Shown here: positions 1 to 12,370 of the stretch, one piece after another
How the letters are laid out: each line of letters opens with the position of its first letter
Numbering within the stretch: position 1 is the first letter of the stretch
Translations under genes and position numbers: made by a program
Notes under the pieces: model-generated
What the model was told of the DNA's origin: nothing
Databases searched by the model: none
Seen by the model: only the letters and a program-made list of their open reading frames with translations
NCBI RefSeq assembly: GCF_006345805.1
Contig: NC_042999.1
Location: 46,128,001 to 46,192,000, forward strand
DNA: 64,000 bases
From: Octopus sinensis
Lineage: Eukaryota
Direction of reading: 5' to 3'

Positions 1-101
1 AACATAGATCCCCCCTCTCACCTCCTTACCATCCACCTTACTCTTCTCACACTTCTTCTATCGGTATTGCTGTGCTTGGATCCAGTTGTTTGTTAAAAAA
101 G

Positions 102-512
102 AGGAGTAGGAATGGCTGTGTGGTAAGTAGCTTGCTTACCAACCACATGGTTCCGAGTTCAGTCCCACTGTGTGGCACCTTGGGCAAGTGTCTTTTACTA
201 TAGCCTCGGGTCGACCAAAGCCTTGTGAGTGGATTTGGTAGACGGAAACTGAAAGAAGCCCGTCGTATATATGTATGTATGTAAGTGTGTGTGTATATAT
301 GTTTGTGCGTCTGTGTTTGTTCCCCCCCCAACATCGCTTGACAACCGATGCTGGTGTGCTTACGTCCCCGTAACTTAGCGGTTCGACAAAAGAGACCGAT
401 AGAATAAGTACTAGGCTTACAAAAAATAAGTTCTGGAGTCGATTTGCTCGACTAAAGGCGGTGCTGCAGCATGGCCACAGTCAAATGACTGAAACAAGTA
501 AAAAAGATAAAT
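102..512 (+). mobile_element. SINE-A, near full length (tRNA-derived head, central domain, internal (TA)n(TG)n, GAGTAAAA-type tail)
   Basis: A-box-like TGGCTGTGTGGTAAG and B-box-like GAGTTCAGTCCC; body GCCTTGTGAGTGGATTTGGTAGACGGAAACTGAAAGAAGCC and tail CAGTCAAATGACTGAAACAAGTAAAA recur about 20 times in the window. Confidence 0.9.
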
Positions 513-534
513 GAGTAAAGAAAGTAACAGCAGA

Positions 535-1625
535 TATGTCGTCATCACCACTGCGCTGCTAGTTCCCGGCCAAGTGTTTTTTCATGTTGAAGGAATAAGT
601 AATAGTCAGATGGGAGCCAAATCAGGAGAATAGAGAGGGTGATCAACCAGTTCAAAGCCACAGTAATGCACAGCAGCCACTGAAACCAAAGACTTGTGTG
701 CTGGAGTAATGTCCTAATTAAATAAATCCCCTTTCGTCAATTTTCCTGGGCGTTAGGTCTTCGTAGTCTTTCGTAACTGCCTCAGTAAGTTGGCAATAGT
801 ACTCTCCATTGATGGCGTGGCCCTCTTCAAGATTCCCCATAAACACAATGCCTTTTACATCCCAAGAAACTGAGACTGTCACTTGCCCTGCAGATGACAC
901 GACCTTGGCATACTCTGGAGCAGGTAAAGTAGGATGTTTCCACTGCATGGATTGTCTCTTCGTCTTTGGCTTAAATTGATGAATCTAACACTCATCCTGG
1001 CTTAGGAAACGTTAAAAAAAAAACAAAGCAAAAAAAAAAAGCTGGATCTGCCGCAAACTATGTCAGATTTTCTCGTGATGTGATCAGCCTGGTGCGCTTT
1101 TGACCAAGTGTCAGACGATGCACCCATCAAGCAGAAATCTTCGTCATGCCAAATTCATTGTGCGGATTATTCCCAACTCACTCACGGGATATGCTAACAG
1201 CATTGGCTGTTCAATCGTCTGTCATCCATCAACATGTGGTGAACACGCTCAATGTTTTCATCGGTCCAGACCTTGGGTCATCTTCAAGAGCCTCTCTTCC
1301 CCCTCCTAAATTCCGCTGCCCACTTTTTGCAACGTTGTTACAGCTGGAGCCGTAACATTTAATGCGGCAAGCATCTCAGCATGAATGTCCTTGGGGCTAA
1401 GCCCTTTTTCTGCAGGTACTTGATAACACAATAATGCCAAATTTTGTCCATTTTCAAGAGAAGTAACTTCTAGTTACTTTTGAAGTCTTCATTGAACAGT
1501 GAGATATTAGTTTACCTTGAAAGAAACAATGCATTTATTAATAAGAAGGGTTGAAATAAATGCATGCAAGATTTCATAGCTCTCGCGTCACTCTTTCATA
1601 ATCAGCCTATGAACTTTGGATGGGA
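535..1625 (-). mobile_element. Decayed mariner transposon (transposase pseudogene with 5' end)
   Basis: Minus-strand frames give MDKIWHYCVIKYLQKKG...EFRRGREALEDDPRSG, MQWKHP...AKVVSSAGQV...WDVKGIVF...INGEYY and a YSPDLAPSDY-like motif; multiple frameshifts. Confidence 0.85.
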
Positions 1626-2039
1626 TTTATAAACATTTAATGCATCGCTACGCGCGTTTCCACAAATCACATGTTCCTTAAGATTACAGTCCGTATTCCT
1701 GGGATGATTACGATGTAGTCTGTAGTATCAGTGAACATTGGATAGGAAGCAGAGAAACGAAACTACGCAAAATCTCCCTGCTATATTATTGAGCAACTGC
1801 GGATGCATTCCGGACTTCCAAAAATTTATAAAAGTTTTCAAAGAAATGAAAAAAGCATGTTAAAATACTTCTACAAATAAATATAGCAATCATTTATTTT
1901 AACATACAAAATGAAAAAAATGATTTCCTAAAAAATAAGTACTTCGTGAATTTCATTTAACAGTGTCGCTGAATACAAACTAAGTCCTGCGATGATAGTC
2001 TTTGTTAAAAGTCCTCCATCGATGTGGTATCAGATAGAG

Positions 2040-2600
2040 GTTGGTGCATCTTTTTTTAATCCAGTCTCTACTGCCAACTTTGAAACTACAGAACTCTCCT
2101 CCTGCGACAATTCTTTCAACATCATTTCTTGTCTTCAGTAGAATTTCTTTTCAAGTCGCACTTAAAATAGTTTGTAACTATCTTTGTATTTTCTCAGACG
2201 GTATCAATGAAACAGATGGCATTTACAATGTTAAATGGCCAACAGTAATCTTTTACTGTCATATCAGAGCTTGTATTTGACATGTCAGCCATTTTTCTAT
2301 ATGTAATACATCTTGAAAGTTGTTAACCTTAGACAATCAACTGCAGGGCAAGCGTTACATTCGGAAACATATAAACTTTGTTACTTTAAGCTTCTTTTGT
2401 ATTCTATGCAGCTCTGCAGGTTGACCAGAAGTGTTGTCCAGCAGTGGATGACAAATGATTTCTAATACAGATGTACGCAAGGGTGTAAAATTTATTTCAG
2501 TACAGGTTCAAGAAAAATGCTTGCGTGACTCATCTCTTCCTGTTCGACCTCGAATTGTAACTTATTAACCATGTCAATCAGTGGCGTAACTTATAAGGAA
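2040..2600 (-). mobile_element. Possible highly decayed hAT-like transposon fragment
   Basis: Minus-strand MFPNVTLALQL near 2340-2375 resembles the hAT C-terminal FPNxxxAL motif; CAGTGGCGTAAC at about 2579 resembles a hAT terminus. Weak. Confidence 0.25.
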
Positions 2601-2997
2601 GCAAGCAGAGCGACCGTTCCCGCTGGGCACAGTTTTCAAGATTGGTGCCTTTTTAAACAATTTTTTTAACTCTTTGGTTCAGCCGAATCTCACTTCTTTG
2701 TTTATCGCATGCCCTTGGAAGAACTTTCTGGAGTCATTACTTTATTTGATCAACTTCCCTTGTTTTTTTAACAATCTGCTCAATCTCCTGTGATGTGTTA
2801 GTGGTCACTGACATCTGAAGAACCAAAACAAACCTTGACGTCATAACCTCTCGATACTGGACTCTCCCATGGGGTTTCACCTTTTTTACGTCACGCCTAT
2901 ATCTGTATTTGTAATGACATTGTTACTGAAACATCAAATTAATGAATGTATAATACAATTATGTATATCCTAACTAATGAAAAACTATTTTGAGTAA

Positions 2998-3403
2998 TAG
3001 GCGTAGGAGCGGCTGTGTGGTAAGTAGCTTGCTTACGAACCACATGGTTCCGAGTTCAGTCCCACTGCGTGGCACCTTGGGCAAGTGTCTTCTACTATAG
3101 CCTTGGGCCGACCAAAGCCTTGTGAGTGGATTTGGTAGACGGAAACTGAAAGAAGCCCGCCGCATATATGTATGTGTGTGTGTGTGTGTATATGTTTGTG
3201 TGTCTGTGTTTGTTCCCCCAGCATCGCTTGACAACCGATGCTGGTGTGTTTACGTCCCCGTAACTTAGCGGTTCGGCAAAAGCGACCGATAGAATAGGTG
3301 CTAGTCTTACAAAGAATAAGTCCTGGGGTCGATTTGCTCGACTAAAGGCGGTACTCCAGCATGGCCATAGTCAAATGACTGAAACAAGTAAAAGAGTAAA
3401 AGA
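2998..3403 (+). mobile_element. SINE-A, full length
   Basis: Same head, body and tail as 102-512. Confidence 0.9.
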
Positions 3404-3837
3404 ATATAAGGGAAATGTGTTAGAATTGTTTGGTATATGGTATATGTTACAGCGCTTTTTTTCCCTCTTTTGTGCTCGCTACGCCTAACTTAAGAACCTG
3501 TCTAGGCAACTGCTATCAATGCATGGAGAATTTCTGAGTGGTAAGACAACGTTTACTTCGTTTTCAGATTCACCGAAAAATTAACTCTGAGCTGAAGTGA
3601 AAATCTATCCTTTGGCAGTTTTAAATCCGAGTGCAGTCTTATCTTGAATTATAATAAAGGTCCTTGAAGATGTCTTCTTCCAGCATAAACATTACTTCAG
3701 CAACACTGAAAATAAAGTTCTCAGAATATTCACCAGACCGTACGATGTCATGGATATCTACAGATGAATTTTTTTTTATCTGTACCCGCTGCCTCACTAC
3801 TCTTAATACTACGGCACTTAATGCGAGTCATAGCCTG

Positions 3838-3917
3838 CAACATACATACATTCATACATACATACATACATACATACATACATACATACATACATACATA
3901 CATACATACATACATAC
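3838..3917. repeat. (CATA)n microsatellite
   Basis: About 19 near-perfect CATA units. Confidence 0.95.
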
Positions 3918-4400
3918 TGGTGGAATATTCCCATCAAAACTACTATCAAATGTAAACAAAGCAGACCGGATATTGTTGTTTGTCACAGAGGGGCAAAGGT
4001 ATGTACCATCATAGAGGCTAGCTGCCCGCAGATATAAATATATCTTTGAAAATCAAAGAAAAACATGATATCTATGAACAACTGCTTCGAAACCTCCAGC
4101 TTCTGTATCCAGACTATGAATTCATATTCATACCAATAATAACTGGGGCACCAAGTTCTGTTAGTAAATGCTTAAAGGAGAATCTGGATTAACTGAGATT
4201 TTCAGAAAGAGAAACTGACCGGCTAATTCGTACATTACAAGGGCAATCTGTAAGGGGAACAGTAAGAATATGCAAGACTTTTCTCAAGTTCCAAATGTGA
4301 ATCTGTCTTTGTTAATTACATCCCAAAGATGGAGCCTTGGATCTTTGTTGGAAACCTGCTCTCTCCTCAGTGGAAGATTTATAATAATTAAAAAATAGAA
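3915..4400 (+). mobile_element. 5'-truncated RLE-type (R2/R4 group) non-LTR retrotransposon: restriction-like endonuclease domain plus 3' UTR
   Basis: YWWNIPIKTTIKCKQSRPDIVVCHRGAKVCTIIEASCP/ADINISLKIKEKHDIYEQLLRNLQLLYPDYEFIFIPIITGA...GTVRICKTFLKFQM* (stop 4298-4300). RPD..IExxC and FIPII.GA motifs; one frameshift, one internal stop. Confidence 0.8.
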
Positions 4401-5184
4401 GAGACACACATTCCTGCATACATACGCACACACACACACATGCATGCATGCGTACACATACATACATACATACATACATACATACATACGTGTGTGTATT
4501 TGTGTGTGTGTGTGTGTGGAGCGATTAAGCCCACACTTTGCTGAGTATGTGAAATAAAACCGAAATACGTTTGAGGTTATTACCTGCCATCCAACAGTTA
4601 GATGATTAATTTTTTTTTCTCGCCGCATTACCAATAATAATTTCCGCGCAGTCAACCTATTTCGATTTTTTAAAAAATTTTTAGATTTAGAGTTATCGCC
4701 CCTACTTTTGTCGGTCCGAATACATCATAGTTCAGTGTTTAACTATTCTTAATACAGACATGTAAAGCTTCCGACTGGGAATACTGATCGTACAGCTTGC
4801 ACATGTAAGCGTAGACCTGAGCAAGATATGTTTCTTGAGCTGAACTAGCAGTCGCTTATGCATACAAGTTTCCTCTTCGCGATAGCTTTCACGAGGTCTT
4901 GATTTCGATCTCACTGAATGCCATGTAGAAAAGCAGTCTTTTTGTTTTTGTTATTTTACAATGCCCCTCGAGTAAATCCAAGCTTTATTAAAGAAAAAAG
5001 TAAAAGGTCACTGACTTGGGCTTGTAAAGCGTAACATGAACATCGTTAAGGGTGTTGCTCTTAGAACGCAAAATAACCAGCAAGATATCGCACCCGGGTC
5101 TTCAACAGTTCTACCAAACCATCATACTGGATTATTTCTTTCCTCTTTATTTATTTGTTTATTGAATTATTTTTCTCCCTTTTA

Positions 5185-8100
5185 TTGCCCCCCACCAAAA
5201 AAAAAAAAATGAACAGTTGGCTTCGGTGGGAATTGAACTCAGAGCGCAGAGAATAACCGAGGCATTTTATTCACGACTTCAACGGTTCAGCTAATTCTCC
5301 GCTCAAGCAGCGTATCAAGGTTTGAGGTGGGTAGGGGGCAGGGAAGGTGGTCAACCCCGGGCAATGCTTTTACAGGGGTCTATTGTATAAGCTTTCGGTT
5401 CTGTTGCATGAGCTTGTGCAATCAGGGTCCCGGATTGAAAGGGGCAGCAAGCTCAAGTGCGTCCCTGTTCGGCACACACTCTAATTATGCCACTATCGTA
5501 GCCTCAGTCCATGCAGAACAGTGGCTCTCAACCGGGGTCCATATAAGATTTTTTAGGTTCCACGTAACAAATGGTAAATCAGCGATCTACAAAAATGGAT
5601 CATTCTTTCAGGGTCGACAAAATAAGAACCAGTCAAGCACCGGTGTCAATATGATCGACTAGGCCTAATCTCACCAAAATTTTAGGCCTTATGCCTGAAG
5701 CAAAAAAGAATTAGGAAGACCCTTAAGGTGGCGCGCTGATAGAGTCTTGATTAGTTGAAGTTTCGTTCCTCGCCTCGTAAAGAATGTTAGCGGTCACTTC
5801 ATTATTTTCTGTGCAGATGGTGTAATTTCTCTCGCTCCTTGTGTTACATAATCACTCATATTTGTTACATTACGGTGCATGGGTGCAGTATGGCCGAATA
5901 GTTGAGCAGCTCGTTACGTCATTACGAGATCTCGGTTTCGATCCCGGTCAGTGGCATCTAAAAAACGGTGTTGTTTTCCTTTTTTTTTTTACAATATCCT
6001 CGAGTCAACCCAGTCTTTGTGGTTGAAACTTGGTAGATAGAAACTACATGAACGTCTGTCGGATGAATTTCGCCTGTAATTTAAAGGTCCAACCTTGTCA
6101 CACTGTCATACTGATTTGGCGTGAGAATTACGTTAGGCGCGGGCGTGGCTGTGTGGTAAGAAGCTTGCTTCACGACCACATGGTTCTGGGTTCAGTCCCA
6201 CTGCGGGACACCTTGGGCAAATGTCTTCTACTATAGCCTCGGGCCGACCAAAGTCTTGTGTCTGGATTTGGTAGACGGAAACTGGAAGAAGCCCGTCGTA
6301 TATATATGTGTGTGTGTGTGTGTGTGTATTTATGTGTTTGTCCTCCCGCCATCATTTGACAACCGATGCTGGTGTGATATGTCCCTGTAACTTAGCAGTT
6401 CGGTAAAAGAGACCGATAGAATAGTACTAGGCTTACAAAGAATAAGTTCTGGGATCGATTTCTTCGACTAAAACCTTTTAAGGCGGTGCTCCAGTATGAT
6501 CGCAGTCAAATGACTGAAACACGTAAAAGAATAAATGTACACCTGTCTGTGTGAAGACGCGTGGCTTAGTGGTTAGGAGTATTCGGCTCGCGGTCGTAAG
6601 GTCGCGAGTTCGATTCCCGCAGGCACGTTGTATCCTTGAGCAAGACACATTTTCACTTGCGTTGCCCCAGTTCACTCAGCTGGCAAAAATGAGTTGTACC
6701 TGTATTTCAATAGAAACTATATGAACGTCTGTCGGATGAATTTCGCTTGTAATTTAAAGGTCCAACCTTGTCACTGTCATGCGGGCGTGGCTGTGTGGTA
6801 AGAAGCTTGCTTCACGACCACATGGTTCTGGGTTCAGTCCCACTGCGGGACACATTGGGCAAATGTCTTCTACTATAGCCTATGTCGCTGAATCTCCCTG
6901 GGAATTGGATTAATGTTTGTAGAGAGCACAACCACTTGCACGTTAATTTCACGAGCAGTTTGTTCCTCTGACCGGATCAATTGGAACCCTCGTCGTCGTA
7001 ACCGACGGAGTGCCAGTTAGTTAGTCACGCATGTCTGTGGAATACTCAGCCACTTACATGCTAGTTCAGTTGACCGAACAACTAAATACTCGTCGTCGAA
7101 AGCTTTGCCCTTCTTTCTTCCGTTCTGAAGTTGCTAAAATAAAGTACCCGAAGCAAAGATATCGGCACCCGCCTCCCCTAAGAATTGATGGCTTTTTGCC
7201 GAAATTAAAAACAATTATTATCATGATGAAGGTATTTGCGGTGGCGTGCTGGTAGAATGGTTAGCACGCTGGATAAAATAATTAGCGTAATTTCTTCTGA
7301 GTTCAAATTTCGCCAAAGTTGACTTTGCCTTTTATTTTTTCGGGGTCGATAAAATAAGAACCAGTCAAGCACTGGTATCGATGTAACCGACGAGGCCAAG
7401 ATCACCAAAAGTTTAGGCCTTATACCTATAGCAAAAAGAATTAGAAAGACATTTAAGGTGGCGCACCGGACAAATGCTTCGTGATATTTCTTCCAGCTCT
7501 TTACGTTCTGAGTTCAAATTCCGCCGAAATTAGCTTTCAGAATCGATTAAATAAAGTACCAGTCGAGTAATGGTGGTAATGAAATTGACTAACATTCGCT
7601 GTTAAAATTTCTAGCATTGTGCCAAAATTGGAAACCAAAGGCGGTGAGTTGGCGCAATCGTTTGCACGTTGGATAAAAAAGCTTATCGGAATTTCTTCCA
7701 ACTTTACGTTGAGTTCAAATTTCGTCGAGGTTGACATAGGCCTTCAGCCTTTCGGGGTCGACAAAATAAGTAGGAGTCGAGCACTCATGTCAATGGTATC
7801 AACAAAATCTCTCTCCTCAAAACGACGGCCTTGTATCTAAATTGATTTCAGATTTTGGCACAATTTTGAGGGAAGGGGCTAAGTCGATTACATCAACTGG
7901 TCCTTATTTTATCAACTGCAAAACGATGAAGGGCAAAGTCGACCTCGGCGGAATTTGAACTCAGAACGTGAAGACGGACGAAATACCTATTTCTTTACTA
8001 CCCACAAGGGGCTAATCACAGAGAGGACAAACAAGGACAGACACACGGATTAAGTCGATTATATCGACCCCAGTGCGTAACTGGTACTTAATTTATCGAC

Positions 8101-8225
8101 CTCGAAAGGATGAAAGGTAAAGTCGACCTCGGCGGAATTTGAACTCAGAACGCAGCGGCGGACGAAATACCACAAAGCATTTCACCCGGCATGCTAACGA
8201 TTCTGCCAGCTCGCCGCCTTGTATC
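5185..8225. mobile_element. Dense SINE cluster: SINE-D copies on both strands, SINE-A (6136-6535), hybrid C-head/B-tail SINE (6550-7020)
   Basis: SINE-D motifs GAGTTCAAATTCCGCCGAGGTCGACTTTGCCTTTCATCCTTTCGGGGTCGATAAA at about 7300, 7510, 7710 (+) and 7930, 8110 (-); tRNA-like heads at 6140 and 6555. Confidence 0.85.
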
Positions 8226-8394
8226 TAAATTAAAAACAATTTTCATTATGAAAACACTTGCTTTTGCTGGTTAGATTGATTTTGGTTCTATGTAGTTACC
8301 TGATTAACCCTAGTTGGAGGTCCTCCCGGTACCAGGAAAACTCAGTATCACCTATCTATCTATCTATCTATCTATCTATATATATATATATATT

Positions 8395-8715
8395 CAAAAT
8401 GTGACCTCGTGTGTACCGCTGCCGATTTTTTTCCTCTGTCTTCCCTTCTCTGGATCTTTCCTTCTCCTATGTTTCCGACGAAGAGCTCCGCTCGAAACGT
8501 TAAACCCTCCTTCTTTCCTTCTTTCCTGAGCGTCCAATAATACTATATTTGTTCCACGTCCTCGCGTTGTTGTGTTTTTTTTTTTTTTTTGGTGCTTTCT
8601 TGTTTAGATTAACTTTATTACATTTACATCTTATATTCGTTCGATTTTCTTCGTCCATTTTTTTTTTGGTCACGTAACCAACAGACACACATCTTTCTAA
8701 TATTCCCTTCATTCA
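8395..8715 (+). mobile_element. Penelope-like element terminal fragment (my family H) next to a (TA)n tract
   Basis: Shares CACGTCCTC(G/A)CGTTGTTG and the ribozyme module with 29395-29590 (-), and the former motif with about 41110-41190 (-); starts at the end of a (TA)n run. Confidence 0.6.
8471..8505 (+). ncRNA. Minimal type I hammerhead ribozyme motif (U4C variant)
   Basis: GUUU-CCGACGAA-GAGC-UCC-GCUC-GAAA-CGU-U-AAAC: stem I GUUU/AAAC, stem II GAGC/GCUC, palindromic ACGU helix III. Confidence 0.6.
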
Positions 8716-8744
8716 ACGCCCCTGTGGCAAACAAAAAGCAAAAA

Positions 8745-9373
8745 GTCATTGCTACTGCTACAGATCCAATTAATATTTGCAGTTTTTGTCTCGTCATTTT
8801 TTGTTGTGGCAGTTTCTGGAACTGAGCAGCTGATGTCGTAATGGTTGCTGCTGATGTTGCTGCCGTTATAATTACCGTTCCAGTAGCAGCAGCAGCAGTA
8901 GTAGTAGTAGTAGTAGTAGTGGTGGCTTGTCGAAACCATTGTTGTTGCTATTGTACTTTTTATGTTATAATCTTGTTTATTGTTATTGAAATTGATGTAA
9001 TAATTGTTGTTGTTGTTGTTGTTGTATAACCACTGGTCAGCAGATCGATAATCGAAGGTGGCTCGTATTCACGATAGTCTTTCGTTTTGGGGATTTCCTT
9101 CAATAAACACAGTAGAAGTACAGATAGTTTAAGGGAGATTCGATTGCTATTTCTAGCGGGCTTCGTGGTCGTGGTCGTCTTGGTGGTCATCGTCGTGGTC
9201 GTCATCGTAGTAGTAGAAGTAGTACTGGTGGTGGTGATGGTAGTGATGGTGGTGGTGGTGGTTCCGGTTGTCCTTTAATACTGTTACTACGACTACAACA
9301 GCTGCTGCTGCTGATATTGCTTCTGCTATGGCTGTTGCTGTTGCTATTATTTATTGCTGTCTTTCGGCGATGC

Positions 9374-9420
<47 letters not shown>

Positions 9421-9558
9421 TAGTGTCGCTTACTGCTACCGCCGTTGTCCCACCTACTACTACTACTACCACCACCAACACCACTACCACCACCACCACC
9501 ACCACTACTACTACAACTACTACTACAACTACTACTATCACCACCACCACCACCACCA

Positions 9559-9589
<31 letters not shown>

Positions 9590-10100
9590 CACTGCTGCTG
9601 CTGCTGCTGCGGTTACTGTTGTTGCTGCTGCTGGTGTTGTTGCTACCAGAACCACTGCTGCTGCTGCTGCTGTTGTTGCTTCATTTACTGTAGCTACTAC
9701 TCCTGCAGCTGCTGCTGCGGTTGCTGTTGCAACTTGTGGTGCTGCTGTTGCTGCCGGTGATAATGGTGGTGCTACGGTTGCAGTAAATAATATTTATTTA
9801 TTCGTTTATGTAATTTTCTTTTCTTTTTTTTTGTTGTTGTTGTTGTAATACCACTGTCCACTTAAATACTAGCAATGTCCGTGTAAGCGTCTCTACTACT
9901 ACTACTACAACTACAACTACTACTACTACCACCACCACCATCACCACCACCGCTGCTGCCGGCACTTCTGCGACTATTACCAGTTCCGCTACTAATACAA
10001 CATCTGCTACTACTGCGACGACGAAGACTACTAACACTACTACTACTACTACTACTACTACTGCTACTACTACTACTACTGTTGCTGCTGTTTCTGTTAC
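8745..10100. repeat. About 1.35-kb compound trinucleotide repeat domain (ACT, ACC, GCT, GTT, GAT, AGT)
   Basis: Contiguous interrupted triplet runs; source of the poly-T/V/A/L/P ORFs in the track. Confidence 0.9.
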
Positions 10101-10859
10101 TACGGCCAGTGAATTGGTGTCCTGCTGTGCCTCCCCGTCATCTTCGGCAAGGACGCCAATTTGTCCTGTTCGGGTTAGAAAAGACCTTAGTTACCATGCA
10201 AACGTCACTGCAGAAACAACAACAGTCTGCCAGGTTGGTTGGAATTACCTTGTTTTCTAATCACTTAGCATACAGAGAGAGAGATTGAGAGAGAGAGAGA
10301 GGGAGAGAGACACAAACGGATGTTCAAACTGGTACTAGCATTAAGTTGGCAGGTGTTTGTCGATATGTGTGTGTGTGTTTATAGATAGATAGATAGATAA
10401 TTTATATTCTCTTTTTTTCTTCACCTTCTTGACATTAATTATTTCTTTACTCCAATCTCTACTTTCACTTTCGTTTTTAAACACGATATTTCTTGTTTAC
10501 GTTCTTTTCGTGTTATACACTTTCTTTCTGGAGCTTCTTTTTCTATTCCTCCCTCTCCACCCTTCTCTCTCCCCCCTCTATCTCTCTCGCTTTATAAACC
10601 AGTCTGAGTATGTCATTCACCTATATTTGTCTGTTTGCCTATCTGTCTTTCTGTCTGCTAGGAGACTGTTCATAACTTCACTCTCTCAATTCATAATCTG
10701 TTGCCGATATTCCTTATTTATAAATCGATTACGTATCATTATATTTCAGTTCAAAGTTTTGCTAGAGAACAGTCAGTAAAAGAGAAAGAAACAGTATAAA
10801 AAGCACACACACACACTGCCGCGTTGGCATTAACTCAGCATCCAGCTGAGTGCATTCTA

Positions 10860-11388
10860 CAAATGTATGTAAGTACGTGTGTATGTATGTACGTATGTAT
10901 GCATATATGTATGCGTTTATGCACCTACAAATGTATCTATGTAAGCGGGTATGTATGTTTCAATGTAAGTCAGGTGTATGTACGTATGAATAAATGTGTG
11001 TGAACATGTATGTATGACGTATTTATGTATGAAAATATGTGTGTGTACGAAAATGCATATTTATGTATACTTGTATGTGTCTATTTATGCACCTTCGTAT
11101 GTATGTACACAAACCTCTATATACACATACATACAGACGCATTTGTATGTATATATGTACATATGTGTCTGTATGTGTTTATTATGTATATTCGTACATA
11201 TACCAATATACACTCATTCATACATCCACGTATATATCTATTTATATATAATGTATGTGAGATGATGTATGTATGTGTGTATTCATGTATGTATGTATGC
11301 ATATATGCATGTTATTCATATATGTATGTATGAATGTATATATGTATGCACATTTACATATACATATATATACATATATATATGTATA

Positions 11389-11423
<35 letters not shown>

Positions 11424-11840
11424 ATATATATATATATATTTATATACATACATACACATACATATATGCATATGTGTATGTATATATGCATGTATGTGTA
11501 TGTGTGTGCATGGGTATCTATTTCTCATAGCTTATTATCTTTAATTTTCGAGTTTTTTTGTATGTCAATTGTCACTCTACATTCACATAAAATTCAAAAA
11601 GCCACAACGAAAAGCAAAAACACAAACGGAATATTAAAAAAAATATTTTTTTTCAAAGGCAAACATAATGCAATCCCTTTTTCTGCTTTATTACACGCCA
11701 GAGAGAGAATGGAGTACGTCTTCATTCTATTATTGGGCTGCTTTGAAATATCGATCCAACATTGGTTCTGGATCGTGTTTAGAAGAAAGGCACGACCTTG
11801 AAAACAAGGGCTGGATGGCAATTGTTTCCCCTTGAATGTC

Positions 11841-11878
<38 letters not shown>

Positions 11879-11929
11879 AAGAGGGGGGGGAGAATGTGTG
11901 CGCGCGCACTTACGTACGTATATGTCACC

Positions 11930-11996
<67 letters not shown>

Positions 11997-12046
11997 CCTT
12001 TCTATCTGTCTATCTGTCTATGTATGTATGTATGTATGTATGTATA

Positions 12047-12089
<43 letters not shown>

Positions 12090-12370
12090 TCATCTATCTA
12101 TCTACCTTTCTATCTGTCTATCTATCTATCTATCTATCTACCTATCTATCTATCTACACACACACAGACATACAGACACACATCTCACCCACACATTTCT
12201 CTCCCCTACATCCTCTGTCTTTTAGTATGTGTGTGTGCTTGTGTGTAGACATACGTATATATGTACACATATATATCTCTTTATATATATATATATATAT
12301 ATAATATATATATATGTATATATATATATGTATATATATATATACACACACACACACAAATATATGTATA
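10860..12370. repeat. Compound microsatellites: (TATG)/(TA)/(TG), (GA)n, (TCTA)n
   Basis: Directly visible; includes a (TCTA)n block at about 11930-12155. Confidence 0.9.

Noticed and set aside
47-334. Recurring ORFs such as RRASFSFRLPNPLTRLWS and DGLLSVSVYQIHSQGFG, resembling a multigene family
   Set aside because: They are alternative frames of SINE-A copies.
3640-3835. Protein-like minus-strand frames (AMTRIKCRS…, SVDIHDIVRSGEYSENFIFSVAEVMFMLEEDIFKDLYY)
   Set aside because: The two parts are out of frame at a 9-A run and no homolog is recognised; revisit only if the homopolymer is an error.
4520-5000. CpG-rich unique stretch suggesting a promoter
   Set aside because: Too short and AT-rich for a CpG island; no TSS or exon evidence in the sequence.
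9347-10037. Long ORFs of poly-Thr, Val, Ala, Leu and Pro on both strands
   Set aside because: Triplet repeats lacking stop codons are open in several frames by construction; no domain signal.
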